Shown here: piece after piece, positions 1 to 8,858 of the stretch
Layout: every line of letters starts with the position of its first letter
Numbering within the stretch: position 1 is the stretch's first letter
Assembly: GCA_016193335.1 (NCBI GenBank)
Contig: JACPSK010000003.1
Span: forward strand, 23,739-87,738
Source: Candidatus Magasanikiibacteriota bacterium
Lineage (GTDB): Bacteria; Patescibacteriota; Patescibacteriia; Magasanikbacterales; UBA922
Length of the DNA stretch: 64,000 bases
Direction of reading: 5' to 3'
Program-made: the position numbers and the translations under genes
The notes under the pieces: model-generated
Database searches by the model: none
Told to the model about the DNA's origin: nothing
Seen by the model: the letters and a program-made list of their open reading frames with translations, nothing else

Positions 1-2
1 GC

Positions 3-899
3 AAACCGGGAGAAATGATCATGACCTTTGTCTTGTACGTTACGCTGTTTGGCGTTTTGGTGGTATACATTATCGGAGAAGGTGAAACATTGTCTGCGCT
101 TTTCGGAGGGAATCCTTTCGCGTGGAGTCTTTCTTTTTTTCTTGTTTCCATAGTACTGATTTTTTTGGGTATTCGAACGGTTAAGAAAACTGAATTTTTT
201 TTGACGTTTGCTTTGCTTGTCGTTATTATTATTATTCTTTTGTGGAGTTTGCCTCATGTACGATTTTTTAACATTAAGCATTTTGATTTCGCGCGGCTTT
301 TGCTGCCTTACGGAGTTATTTTATTCGCGTTTCACGGCACCACCGCCGTCCCTGAAGCGCATAGTCTTTTGCTGCGTCGGAAATCTGCTTTCAGAAAAGC
401 CATTTTTATTTCCGGCCTTATTACCACGGCGGTTTATGTGCTGTTTGCTTTTTCAGTGGTCGGCGTTACCGGACTTGAAACCACTGAGATAGCGACCATA
501 GGTTTGGGAAACACACTCGGACCGGTTATGTTTTTTTTCGGCAATATATTCGCGGCGCTCGCCATGGGCACCAGTTTCATTATGGTGGGGTTGTCCCTCA
601 GGGATTCAATGAATTGGGATTTTAAATTAGGGCCTCTCATTTCAAATATATTCGTGGCCATGATTCCTCTCTCGGCTTTTCTTCTTGGATTGAGAGGTTT
701 TATAGAAGTTATTGATGTGATTGGTGGGGTTTTCATTAGCATAGAAATGTTCATCATTATGCTTATCTATATCCGAGCAAAACAGCGTGGAGATCTGGGA
801 ATCAGGGGCGGGTGGCTTGCCCATAGCTCTTTATTCATGTGGATTTTTGCTCTTGCTTTATTTGTTGGAATTTTGTATAGTGTTTCCAAGCAATTTTAA
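3..899 (+). CDS. Aromatic amino acid permease (APC/HAAAP-type transporter), 5'-truncated by window edge
   Basis: Polytopic hydrophobic ORF open from the window start; motifs PYGVILFAFHG..VPE and ALAMGTSF are typical of Trp/Tyr permease-like transporters. Confidence 0.75.
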   Translation, partial: KPGEMIMTFVLYVTLFGVLVVYIIGEGETLSALFGGNPFAWSLSFFLVSIVLIFLGIRTVKKTEFFLTFALLVVIIIILLWSLPHVRFFNIKHFDFARLLLPYGVILFAFHGTTAVPEAHSLLLRRKSAFRKAIFISGLITTAVYVLFAFSVVGVTGLETTEIATIGLGNTLGPVMFFFGNIFAALAMGTSFIMVGLSLRDSMNWDFKLGPLISNIFVAMIPLSAFLLGLRGFIEVIDVIGGVFISIEMFIIMLIYIRAKQRGDLGIRGGWLAHSSLFMWIFALALFVGILYSVSKQF

Positions 900-1084
900 T
901 TCATGGACTCTTGTTTCATGAGAATGGTGTTCGTTGTTTGTCGGTTTTATTGAGCTTTGTTTCTTTTGTCTCAAGGCTCCATTACTGAAAAACAATGTTC
1001 GTCCCCGTTTTTTTCGGGGCGTCTATTCTTCCTTTTTGTCTTTTATCTCTTCATCAATTTCGTAAAAGACAGACTCGTTTTTTT

Positions 1085-1248
1085 TAGAGCCATCTCAAAA
1101 ATAATTTTGAGCCAGTTTCAAAGCAGTTTTGAGCGAAAAAAGTGAAGATTGAGAGAGTCATAATGGTATTATGACGAGGAAAGCTGAACTTCTTAGAGCC
1201 GAAACTGATTGAAAATGGACCATGAATTATTTTTGAGCCGGGGTTCTA
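1085..1248. repeat. Palindromic element family A, full-length copy (RPE/MITE-like)
   Basis: Imperfect ~50-bp terminal inverted repeats TAGAGCCATCTCAAAAATAATT... / ...AATTATTTTTGAGCCGGGGTTCTA with a central palindrome GTCATAATGGTATTATGAC. Confidence 0.75.
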
Positions 1249-1368
1249 AATATTAAGATAAACAGAGAGTCCAAATCCTGCCGAGCTGTATCTCCCTTAA
1301 GTTTTTGTCAAAAGGAAGATACTCGGCCGGCACCCCGGTCAGCTTGCTGCGGGGTTTATTCATTTTAT

Positions 1369-2532
1369 ATGGCAGAAAAAATGTTGTTTACTTCAGAATC
1401 CGTAACCGAGGGGCATCCGGACAAAATTTGCGATCAAATTTCAGACGCCGTGCTTGACGCGGTCTTGAAAGACGATCCGGATGGCGCTTGTTGTTGTGAA
1501 GTTTTTACTACCACTGGTCTTGTGGTGGTCGGTGGAGAAATAACCACCAAAACTTATGTGGATATTCCAGCCATTGTGAGAGGCACTTTAAAAGATATCG
1601 GTTACACCAATCCTGAATACGGAATAGATTATAAGAGTTGCGGCGTGGTGGTGGCAGTGGACGAGCAGAGCCCGGACATAGCTCAAGGAGAAAAAACAGA
1701 TCAGGGAGAACATAAAGCCCAGGGGGCCGGAGATCAGGGGATGATGTTTGGATTTGCTTGCAAAGAAACGCCTCAGCTTATGCCTTTGCCGATTATGTTG
1801 GCTCATGGCTTAACCAAGCGTTTGGCGAGAGTTCGGAAAAAAGGTGAGCTTCCCTATCTGCGGCCGGATGGCAAAAGCCAGGTAACGGTGGAGTATGAAG
1901 ACGGAAAACCAAAACGCGTGGACGCCGTGGTTATCGCGGCTCAGCATGACCCCGGTATTACGCTTGAAAAATTGAGACAAGACATCAGGGAGCATGTTAT
2001 TCTTCCGGTCTGCGGCGCTTATCTGGATGATAAGACAAAGTATTATATCAACGAGACAGGGAATTTTATTATAGGCGGTCCGCATGGAGACACGGGCGTT
2101 ACGGGAAGAAAAATAATTGTAGATACTTATGGCGGAATGGGCAGACATGGCGGCGGCGCTTTTTCCGGAAAAGTCCCCAATAAACAAGATCGTTCAGGTG
2201 CCTACATGGCTCGCTATGTGGCAAAGAATGTCGTAGCCGCTGATTTGGCAGACAAATGCGAAGTTCAGCTTTCTTATGCCATAGGATATCCTGAACCGGT
2301 GAGTATTTTGCTTGATGCTTTTGGCACTTCCAGAGTGCCGAATGAGATACTGGTAAGAGCGGTTCGTGAGGTTTTTGATCTGACTCCGGCCGGTATTATC
2401 AAACAACTGGATTTGAAACGTCCCATATACAAGGAAACCGCGGCCTATGGACATTTTGGGAGAGAAGAATTTCCATGGGAAAAGACAGATAAAATTGAAG
2501 CATTGAAGCAGGCGGTGGAAAAGTTAAGTTAA
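1369..2532 (+). CDS. metK: S-adenosylmethionine synthetase
   Basis: Motifs [42 protein letters not shown]. Confidence 0.98.
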   Translation: MAEKMLFTSESVTEGHPDKICDQISDAVLDAVLKDDPDGACCCEVFTTTGLVVVGGEITTKTYVDIPAIVRGTLKDIGYTNPEYGIDYKSCGVVVAVDEQSPDIAQGEKTDQGEHKAQGAGDQGMMFGFACKETPQLMPLPIMLAHGLTKRLARVRKKGELPYLRPDGKSQVTVEYEDGKPKRVDAVVIAAQHDPGITLEKLRQDIREHVILPVCGAYLDDKTKYYINETGNFIIGGPHGDTGVTGRKIIVDTYGGMGRHGGGAFSGKVPNKQDRSGAYMARYVAKNVVAADLADKCEVQLSYAIGYPEPVSILLDAFGTSRVPNEILVRAVREVFDLTPAGIIKQLDLKRPIYKETAAYGHFGREEFPWEKTDKIEALKQAVEKLS

Positions 2533-2678
2533 ATTAAAGTATTTTTTATCGAGTTCATTTAGGTTCTGTAATTTTATATAAGAAATAAAATAACGAGCAT
2601 TGGTATGCTGGTTATTTTGTGTATCGCATTATCTTACATGGAGTATCTGTTCAGGTCCGGATGACAATTTAGATATCT

Positions 2679-3089
2679 TTAGCTTTGTCGGCTTCCTCCG
2701 CAGAGTACGTCCGCGAGCGGCTCCAGAAGTTCTGAACCAGCGTAAGGCTTGGCGACAAAGGCCAGATTTGTGTTTGCGCCCACTTGAATTCTGAACGCTT
2801 GGCGCAGAGTTTGATCTGCGTTCCCACCATGTTTAGAAATTTTCGCGCTCGTGACAACAAGAGCCCTGATCGGCCGAATCTTGGCGAGTCTACCCGCCAA
2901 TTCATCGCCGTTCATGCCAGGCATATTGTAATCCGTGATTACGGCATCGCAATCAACTGAAGCAAAAAGCCTTAGAGCGGTCTCTGCGTCAGTTGCGCTA
3001 TGCACCATGTAGCCAGCGCTTTGAAGGAAAATTTCAGTGACCCACAAAAGATCTTCTTGATCATCAATCAATAGGATTTGTACCGGCAT
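2679..3089 (-). CDS. Stand-alone response regulator receiver domain (CheY-like)
   Basis: ILLIDD...VITDYNMPGMNG...AKP motifs; ATG at 3089 is preceded by AAGGA. Confidence 0.85.
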   Translation of the reverse strand: MPVQILLIDDQEDLLWVTEIFLQSAGYMVHSATDAETALRLFASVDCDAVITDYNMPGMNGDELAGRLAKIRPIRALVVTSAKISKHGGNADQTLRQAFRIQVGANTNLAFVAKPYAGSELLEPLADVLCGGSRQS

Positions 3090-3325
3090 ATTGTCCTTTA
3101 TGCCCACCCGGACCCGTCTGGACACATATACCAATTTTTTTTTGTTTTGTAAAGGCGGAGGTAGCAACAGGAATTTTTATGAACATTCGGTGTAACATCT
3201 TGTATGTTCGTCAGGATTGTTTTCCAATACAGACATTTTATAATCTGCATTGACTTTAAGAATTTAAAAAAGCGCGAAGCGCTTTCTATTATATTGATTG
3301 GGCCGGACAAGTCCAATCGATCAAA

Positions 3326-3682
3326 CTATCGGGCCAGGTCTTTCAGAGCGCTGACATCAATGGGTTTGTCAAGGAATCCTCTCGCATGGCCAGAGGCCAG
3401 CGCAGAATCAACTTGAGAGGCAAAACGGCCTCTACTCGCAGACATCAGCCACAGCGGCATCTTGTGGCCTGACAAGTGGAGGCGAGCGGCAAATTCCAAG
3501 CCGTTCATGCCCGGCATCTCTATATCAGAGAATATTATGCGCGGGGCATGTGTTTCTACAAACACCAGTCCTTTTGCAGGGTCATCGACCCAATGGACTT
3601 TGTGTCCTGCTCCTTCAAGTGTGTAGACCATGAAAAATGCCGTTGTTGGATCGTCGTCGACGATCAGAATACCATTCCTCAA
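3326..3682 (-). CDS. Stand-alone response regulator receiver domain (CheY-like)
   Basis: ILIVDDD...FSDIEMPGMNGLE...MSA...FLDKP motifs; TTG start. Confidence 0.9.
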   Translation of the reverse strand: MRNGILIVDDDPTTAFFMVYTLEGAGHKVHWVDDPAKGLVFVETHAPRIIFSDIEMPGMNGLEFAARLHLSGHKMPLWLMSASRGRFASQVDSALASGHARGFLDKPIDVSALKDLAR

Positions 3683-3743
3683 TGTTGCCTCTTTTACCTT
3701 GTTTTGCTCTTTTTGATCATCCGGTTTCTTTGTCCGGGGTCAA

Positions 3744-3772
3744 GAGTATATCTGATTATATTCCGATTGTCA
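3744..3772 (-). promoter_or_regulatory. sigma70-type promoter for the 3326-3682 receiver gene
   Basis: Minus strand TTGACA-N17-TATACT. Confidence 0.7.
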
Positions 3773-3805
3773 AGGAAAAAATGAAAAAAATTGTGAACAA
3801 CTACG

Positions 3806-3911
3806 AGTCTGTCTCTTCATCACATATTTTTGGAAAGCCTAGGGACGAGTGCGAGAGCGAAGCGGGCTGACTTCCGCAGGATTTATAAAATATGTTATGA
3901 AGGGGTAGACG
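3806..3911. repeat. MITE-like family B, full-length copy
   Basis: ~25-bp imperfect terminal inverted repeats (AGTCTGTCTCTTCATCACATATTTT / AAAATATGTTATGAAGGGGTAGACG) around core GCGAGAGCGAAGCGGGCTGA, which recurs at ~8700 and ~48690. Confidence 0.8.
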
Positions 3912-3930
3912 TCATATTTTTACAAAATAT

Positions 3931-3965
3931 AAAAACCCCGCGCATTGATTGCTTACGGGGTTCTT
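3931..3965 (-). terminator. Putative intrinsic terminator downstream of 4108-4407
   Basis: AACCCCG...CGGGGTT stem followed by a T-run on the minus strand. Confidence 0.5.
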
Positions 3966-4107
3966 GAGAAGAGGAAATGTCCGGGTGAAGCTCGCGCGGT
4001 GCTTGGTTTTCGCACTTCCCTCGTGGCTTGCCCAACAGCCGTTTGATGATCCGAACGAGCGGACCGCGGTTTGGGCTTGCCGTGGGATACTCTAGATGAG
4101 CAGGGGT

Positions 4108-4407
4108 TTAATTTCTCGAGCTCGCCAAAGGGGCGAGCAGATCTGGCAAGGCCACGATATCCGCGGCCGAGAGCGTGAAGACCATGAATTCCCTTTTTTC
4201 CAGAGAGCCGAGCTCTCTGATCAGGGTCTCCCGGTTCATAAAGCGGGAATCCACCCGCTCGGCGACGATCACGGCGACCAGGCCTGTCTCACGACGGGCG
4301 GTCTCCAGAGCGTCTTTACTCTCAGAGGCACAGAACACATCCCAGCCATGCTTGCGCAAGAGCCGGGTGAGTCCGTAGCCTCCGTTGTCAATAACGAGAA
4401 TTTTCAT
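4108..4407 (-). CDS. Degenerate (pseudo-)receiver domain protein
   Basis: MKILVIDN..L..HGWDVFCASESKDAL receiver-like N-terminus, no phosphoacceptor Asp and no KP motif; strong SD GAGGAGG; upstream TTGACA-N17-TATATT. Confidence 0.6.
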   Translation of the reverse strand: MKILVIDNGGYGLTRLLRKHGWDVFCASESKDALETARRETGLVAVIVAERVDSRFMNRETLIRELGSLEKREFMVFTLSAADIVALPDLLAPLASSRN

Positions 4408-4569
4408 CCCTGCCTCCTCTTAAGCGCGAGGAAGCACCCGGACAGTGCTTGGAATATAGCATGGTTAAGCCAATTTGTCAATCATAAGCATTGATTTTTT
4501 CGTTGATTTTAGATAGTATAAGCCTGTATCGGGCTTAATTTAGTGGTTAGCATTTTCTCTTCTTGATTT

Positions 4570-5379
4570 ATGAACAGTGTTCAAGCACTTGTTCTCGGCA
4601 TCATCCAAGGATTGACTGAATTTTTGCCGATTTCATCTTCCGGCCATCTTATTTTTGTACCTCGTTTATTCGGCTGGGCTGACCAAGGCTTAACATTTGA
4701 CGCGGTGGTTCATCTCGGTTCTTTGTTTGCGGTACTTGTGTATTTTCGCTCTCGGATTCTAAGCATGCTCGGGTCTTTGTGCACCAGATCTGTTGGTGAA
4801 TCAGACCGCAAAGAACGCAAGCTTGCTTTTTTACTGGCAGTCTCCATAGTGCCGGCGGCTTTGGGCGGTTTGTTTTTTCAAAATTGGATTGAAAACTCTT
4901 TACGTTCTGTTTTTATTATCTCTTTCAGCCTCATATTCTGGGGCATAATTTTGGGATGGGCAGATAGATTGGCGATAAAAAGAAATAAATCTTTTTCTTT
5001 GGACAATTTGTCTTTCTCCAAAACAGTCTTGATTGGAATTGCTCAGGCTTTGGCTCTGATCCCCGGCACCAGCAGGTCTGGAGTAACGATGAGCGCGGGT
5101 TTATTTCTTGGCCTCGACAAAAAATCAGCCGCTGATTTTTCTTTTCTCATGAGCGTGCCGATTATCGCCATAGCAGGGGCCTTAAAAATATTCGATCTGG
5201 TTCGAACCGGTTGGGGACATATCCAGATTTTGCCTTTGGGCATTGGGTTTTTTGCCGCGGCCCTGAGCGGCTTTCTCGCCATTGCTGGTTTAATGAAGAT
5301 TATTCAGAAATGGAGTTTTATGCCTTTTGTGGTTTATAGGGTAGCAATGGGAATTTTGATACTTGTTTTTTTCGTGTAA
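4570..5379 (+). CDS. uppP: Undecaprenyl-diphosphatase
   Basis: Motifs QGLTEFLPISSSGHL and ALIPGTSRSG. Confidence 0.97.
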   Translation: MNSVQALVLGIIQGLTEFLPISSSGHLIFVPRLFGWADQGLTFDAVVHLGSLFAVLVYFRSRILSMLGSLCTRSVGESDRKERKLAFLLAVSIVPAALGGLFFQNWIENSLRSVFIISFSLIFWGIILGWADRLAIKRNKSFSLDNLSFSKTVLIGIAQALALIPGTSRSGVTMSAGLFLGLDKKSAADFSFLMSVPIIAIAGALKIFDLVRTGWGHIQILPLGIGFFAAALSGFLAIAGLMKIIQKWSFMPFVVYRVAMGILILVFFV

Positions 5380-5385
5380 TTTTGT

Positions 5386-6801
5386 ATGACTGAACAGGCT
5401 TTATTCAAGTCAATATACGCGGTGTCAAAGACACAAGGAGTTGAAGTGTACGCGGTTGGCGGCTATGTGCGCGATACCGTGCTTGGCATTCCGTGCAAAA
5501 AAGATATTGACTTTGTTGTTCTTGGAAGCGGTCTGCTGTTTGCCAAGGCTTTTGACGAATATATGAAAGGCCAGGGAACGCTTATTGAATTTAATGATTT
5601 TGACACCGCGCGTTATGTTTTGAATGATCTTGAAATAGAGTTCGCCGGGGCCCGTTCCGAAGCTTATGATCATCAATCACGCAAACCCAGGGTTAAACCG
5701 GCTTCTTTGGAAGAGGATCTCTCGCGACGTGATTTTACGGCGAACGCGATGGCCCGCAAAGTGATTGCGTCTGGTTTGAGCAAGACTATTGTGGATCCTT
5801 ATTTGGGTTTGAGCGATTTAAATAAAAAAATGATAAGGACTCCCCTTGACCCGGACGAGACTTTTTCCGAAGATCCTCTGCGGATTCTGAGAGCCGCCCG
5901 GTTCGCGGCTCAGCTTGAGTTTGACATTGATAAGCACACGTACGATTCCCTTGCTAAAAATAAAAAACGCCTGGCCATTGTTTCGGCTGAACGAGTTAAA
6001 AATGAATTTTTTAGATTGCTTGCCGCGGCCAAACCCTCAGTCGGTTTGTGGATTTTGTATGAGAGCGGCGTTTTGGGAGAATTTTTGCCAGAAGTTTCAG
6101 CTCTCCAGGGCGTGGAGGAAATGAAAGGGTATTTGCATAAGGATAATTTATCGCATTCTTTTAAAGTGGTGGACAATATCGCGGAAATGAGCGATAAAGT
6201 CCTCTTGCGCTATGTGGGTTTGGTTCATGATATTGGAAAGCCGGACACCAAGCGTTTTGAAGAGAAGAGAGGATGGACTTTTGACATGCATGATCACTTG
6301 GGAAAAAAAATGGTCCGCCTCATAGGCAAGAGACTTCGGATGAGTAAAGAGGAAGTTGATTATGCCTGCCATTTGGTACGCTGGCATCTCTATCCCATAG
6401 CGCTTATGGATAAGGGAGTTACGGATAGTCCGGTAAGAAGACTTATCGTCAATCTTAGAGAAGACCTGGCGGATCTGCTCATTCTTTGCCGCGCGGATAT
6501 CACCACTGGAAATCAAGAACGATTGCGGCGTCGTTTAAAAAATTATGATATTTTGGAAGATCGAATCAAAGAAGTTCTGGATAAAGACAAGCTTCGCGCT
6601 TTTCAATCTCCTTTGAGGGGCGAAGAGATCATGAAACGCTGTAGTTTAAAGCCAGGACCTACCGTAGGGAAAATAAAAAAAGCCATTGAAGAGGCTATTT
6701 TGAACGGGCGTATCGTAAATGAATATCAGGCGTCTGTGGAATATTTTGAGAAGATAAAAGATGAATATCTCGCCGAAGCAGAGACCTGGGAGAACGTATA
6801 G
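5386..6801 (+). CDS. CCA tRNA nucleotidyltransferase / poly(A) polymerase family with HD domain
   Basis: Motifs VGGYVRD, DIDF, DLSRRDFTANAM, EDPLRILRAARF, HDIGK. Confidence 0.92.
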   Translation: MTEQALFKSIYAVSKTQGVEVYAVGGYVRDTVLGIPCKKDIDFVVLGSGLLFAKAFDEYMKGQGTLIEFNDFDTARYVLNDLEIEFAGARSEAYDHQSRKPRVKPASLEEDLSRRDFTANAMARKVIASGLSKTIVDPYLGLSDLNKKMIRTPLDPDETFSEDPLRILRAARFAAQLEFDIDKHTYDSLAKNKKRLAIVSAERVKNEFFRLLAAAKPSVGLWILYESGVLGEFLPEVSALQGVEEMKGYLHKDNLSHSFKVVDNIAEMSDKVLLRYVGLVHDIGKPDTKRFEEKRGWTFDMHDHLGKKMVRLIGKRLRMSKEEVDYACHLVRWHLYPIALMDKGVTDSPVRRLIVNLREDLADLLILCRADITTGNQERLRRRLKNYDILEDRIKEVLDKDKLRAFQSPLRGEEIMKRCSLKPGPTVGKIKKAIEEAILNGRIVNEYQASVEYFEKIKDEYLAEAETWENV

Positions 6802-6832
6802 CTGTGTTTTTGGTTTTTTAAAAATCAGAGTT

Positions 6833-7040
6833 CTCGGTTTAGGTAGCCGCGGGCGTCCGTCATCCTCACTTTGCGCAGGGGAGCCCGCGCCGTGAATTGG
6901 AATCCGAACGCCCGTGGCCGAGCTGTGTCCGCGAATAGTTAAGTACGAAGCCCGTAAAGAGGTTTGTGGCGAGGGTGAAGGGGAGGCGGCCTGGCCACTC
7001 TCGTTACGGTCTCTGCACTTTTTTTTCCGCGAAGCAGCGC
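6833..7040 (-). ncRNA. Candidate structured non-coding RNA (unassigned family)
   Basis: GC-rich, no credible ORF, two long irregular hairpins, directly downstream of minus-strand TTGACA-N18-TAGGCT (7075-7046). Confidence 0.5.
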
Positions 7041-7254
7041 AATCTAGCCTAACGCGTTTAACTCTCTCTTGTCAAATAGCTACCTTGAATACAGTGCGAA
7101 TGAAGAAGATTAATGGGCGCCAATGGAGCGCGGGGCATGAGGTCTGAACCCTGTCCTGTCTCAATCTACTGTTTTTTGTATTGTCTGTAGATCTGCGGTA
7201 TCCGTACTATCCGTATTTTGCCTAAGTCAGGTTTGCGTGCTATACTGTGTATAT

Positions 7255-7959
7255 ATGATTGAGCTTTGGAATGAGCTTTTGTACAGGCCTTTATTTAATA
7301 TTCTTGTCTGGCTGTACAACAATTGGGCTGAACAAAATTTGGGCTGGGCGGTGGTGTATCTAACGCTTATGTTGCGCGTTTTGCTTCTTCCTTTTACCTT
7401 CATTACTGAACGCAATGCCATTAAGAACAGAACTCTCGTGGCAGAGCTCAGACGTATAGACAAAAGTTACCAGGGGGATCCGATCCTTAAAAAAGAAGAA
7501 ATACGCAAAACCCTGAGAAAGCGCAAAGTGCGTCCTTGGTCCAGTGCTTTTGAACTTGGCATTCAGCTTTTGGTGCTTATTTTGCTGTATCAGGTTTTTT
7601 TGCAAGGTATCAGCGGAGAGAAAGTAAAAGTGCTCAAATCTTTGTATTATTGGGTGGATTTCCCGGGTCTGATTAATACTATTTTTTACGGCTTTGATTT
7701 GGCGGCCAAGTACGACTGGCTCTGGGCCGGAATGGTAGCTTTCTTTTTCGCCGCTTACATCTACCGTGAATACCGGCATGCCAGGCGCGTTCTTCATAAG
7801 AGTGATTTGCTTTATTTCATTTTTTTCCCTACGGGCATATTCTTAACTCTCTGGTATTTGCCCATGGTTAAATCCTTGTTTGTCTTGACATCTTTGTTGT
7901 TTTCTGCTATAGTGCATCGCTTAATTCGGGTTTTTTTGAAGCCACCAAAAAAAATTTAG
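7255..7959 (+). CDS. yidC: YidC/Oxa1 family membrane protein insertase
   Basis: LYRPLFNILVWLY..NLGWAVVYLTLMLRVLLLP, then a coiled region and several TM helices; short Gram-positive/CPR-type YidC. Confidence 0.75.
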   Translation: MIELWNELLYRPLFNILVWLYNNWAEQNLGWAVVYLTLMLRVLLLPFTFITERNAIKNRTLVAELRRIDKSYQGDPILKKEEIRKTLRKRKVRPWSSAFELGIQLLVLILLYQVFLQGISGEKVKVLKSLYYWVDFPGLINTIFYGFDLAAKYDWLWAGMVAFFFAAYIYREYRHARRVLHKSDLLYFIFFPTGIFLTLWYLPMVKSLFVLTSLLFSAIVHRLIRVFLKPPKKI

Positions 7960-8002
7960 ATAGTCTTTCCTGACAGGAAAATCTAATAATAATCATACTT
8001 CT

Positions 8003-8626
8003 ATGGCCGGAGATTCAATAGATAAACTCATGTATTCCTTTGTAATGGAGGATGTCTTAAAAGGCCTATTTATTTATGTGCCGCCTGGTTATGTCGCCTG
8101 CGTGTACGATTTGGGGCGTGGCGTGCTCAAAAAAGTTCTTACTCCCGGTTTGCATTTCAAGATACCATTTTGGCAAAAAGCCAAACTTTTTAACACTCAA
8201 ACTCTTGAGTACAGCATCAATCGGGAATTTGATCCTGCCAATGAAAAAGCGATGGGAGACGTGCCTATCGCGGCGGTAAGCATGGATGGCAAGCGCATGG
8301 CCGTGGAAGGAACCGTGCTTTTACGTCTGGACATTCATCAGATACCTCATATTTGGCAGACCATAGGAGAAGATTTTGTGGCAAAGATTATACGGCCCAC
8401 CATTAGGAGCAGGATTCGCATGGTCGCGAGCAGATTTGATTCAGCGGATATCGTGGGTAAAAAACGCGATTCCGTGGAAACAGAGTTAAAGAATGAGTTG
8501 GAGCGCATATTTTATCCCAGAGGCATTTACGTTGAAAATATCTTATTGAGTGAAATTTCCGGTCTCCGTGAGGCTGAAAAATCCAAACCGAAATCAGACG
8601 CTTCAGACGCCGATGAACAAAGCTGA
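8003..8626 (+). CDS. SPFH/prohibitin (band 7) family protein
   Basis: VPPGYVACV...GV...LTPGLHFKIPF...IIRPTIRS.IR...GIYVENILL. Confidence 0.88.
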   Translation: MAGDSIDKLMYSFVMEDVLKGLFIYVPPGYVACVYDLGRGVLKKVLTPGLHFKIPFWQKAKLFNTQTLEYSINREFDPANEKAMGDVPIAAVSMDGKRMAVEGTVLLRLDIHQIPHIWQTIGEDFVAKIIRPTIRSRIRMVASRFDSADIVGKKRDSVETELKNELERIFYPRGIYVENILLSEISGLREAEKSKPKSDASDADEQS

Positions 8627-8654
8627 AATTCTTGCAATGGGTGCTACCCGACAT

Positions 8655-8680
8655 AAAAATCCCGTTTATTCGGGATTTTT
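8655..8680 (+). terminator. Intrinsic terminator after the SPFH gene
   Basis: AAAAATCCCG-TTTATT-CGGGATTTTT. Confidence 0.7.
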
Positions 8681-8761
8681 ATAAATCCTATGGAGTCAGC
8701 CCACTTCGCTCTCGCATTCGTCTTTAGGCCTTCTATAAAAATATCTTATGAAGGAACAGGC
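8677..8761 (-). repeat. MITE-like family B copy (inverted, one TIR truncated)
   Basis: Reverse complement reads ...CCTTCATAAGATATTTTTATAGAAGGCCTAAAGACGAATGCGAGAGCGAAGTGGGCTGACTCCATAGGATTTATAAAA, which aligns with 3806-3890. Confidence 0.8.
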
Positions 8762-8803
8762 GTCGTTTCCCCCGGTTTTCTGCGCTATCCGATGCGCTCT
8801 AAC

Positions 8804-8832
8804 TTGACAGGTTTTTGCGTCGGTGATATATT
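8804..8832 (+). promoter_or_regulatory. sigma70 promoter of the hrcA operon
   Basis: TTGACA-N17-TATATT with extended -10 TG. Confidence 0.8.
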
Positions 8833-8857
8833 ATCACTCGGGTATATAGAGTGCTAA
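8831..8857 (+). promoter_or_regulatory. CIRCE operator (HrcA binding site)
   Basis: TTATCACTC-N9-GAGTGCTAA, one mismatch to consensus TTAGCACTC-N9-GAGTGCTAA, directly before hrcA. Confidence 0.93.
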
Positions 8858-8858
8858 T

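Noticed and set aside
3968-4106. GAGGAAATGTCCGGG and CTAGATGA resemble RNase P RNA conserved regions
   Set aside because: Extra base in the GAGGAAAGTCC motif, no ACAGAA..CGGCTTA 3' partner, and the region is too short
4096-4494. 132-aa plus-strand ORF
   Set aside because: Antisense to the receiver-like ORF, which has the SD and promoter support
6914-7147. 77-aa ORF across the structured intergenic region
   Set aside because: GTG start, no SD, no recognisable protein features; helix complementarity explains the sequence better
7122-7157. Minus-strand GGACAGGGTTCAGAC...CTCCA looks like a tmRNA/tRNA 3' end
   Set aside because: T-arm does not close properly, and there is no matching acceptor 5' strand, tag ORF or cloverleaf
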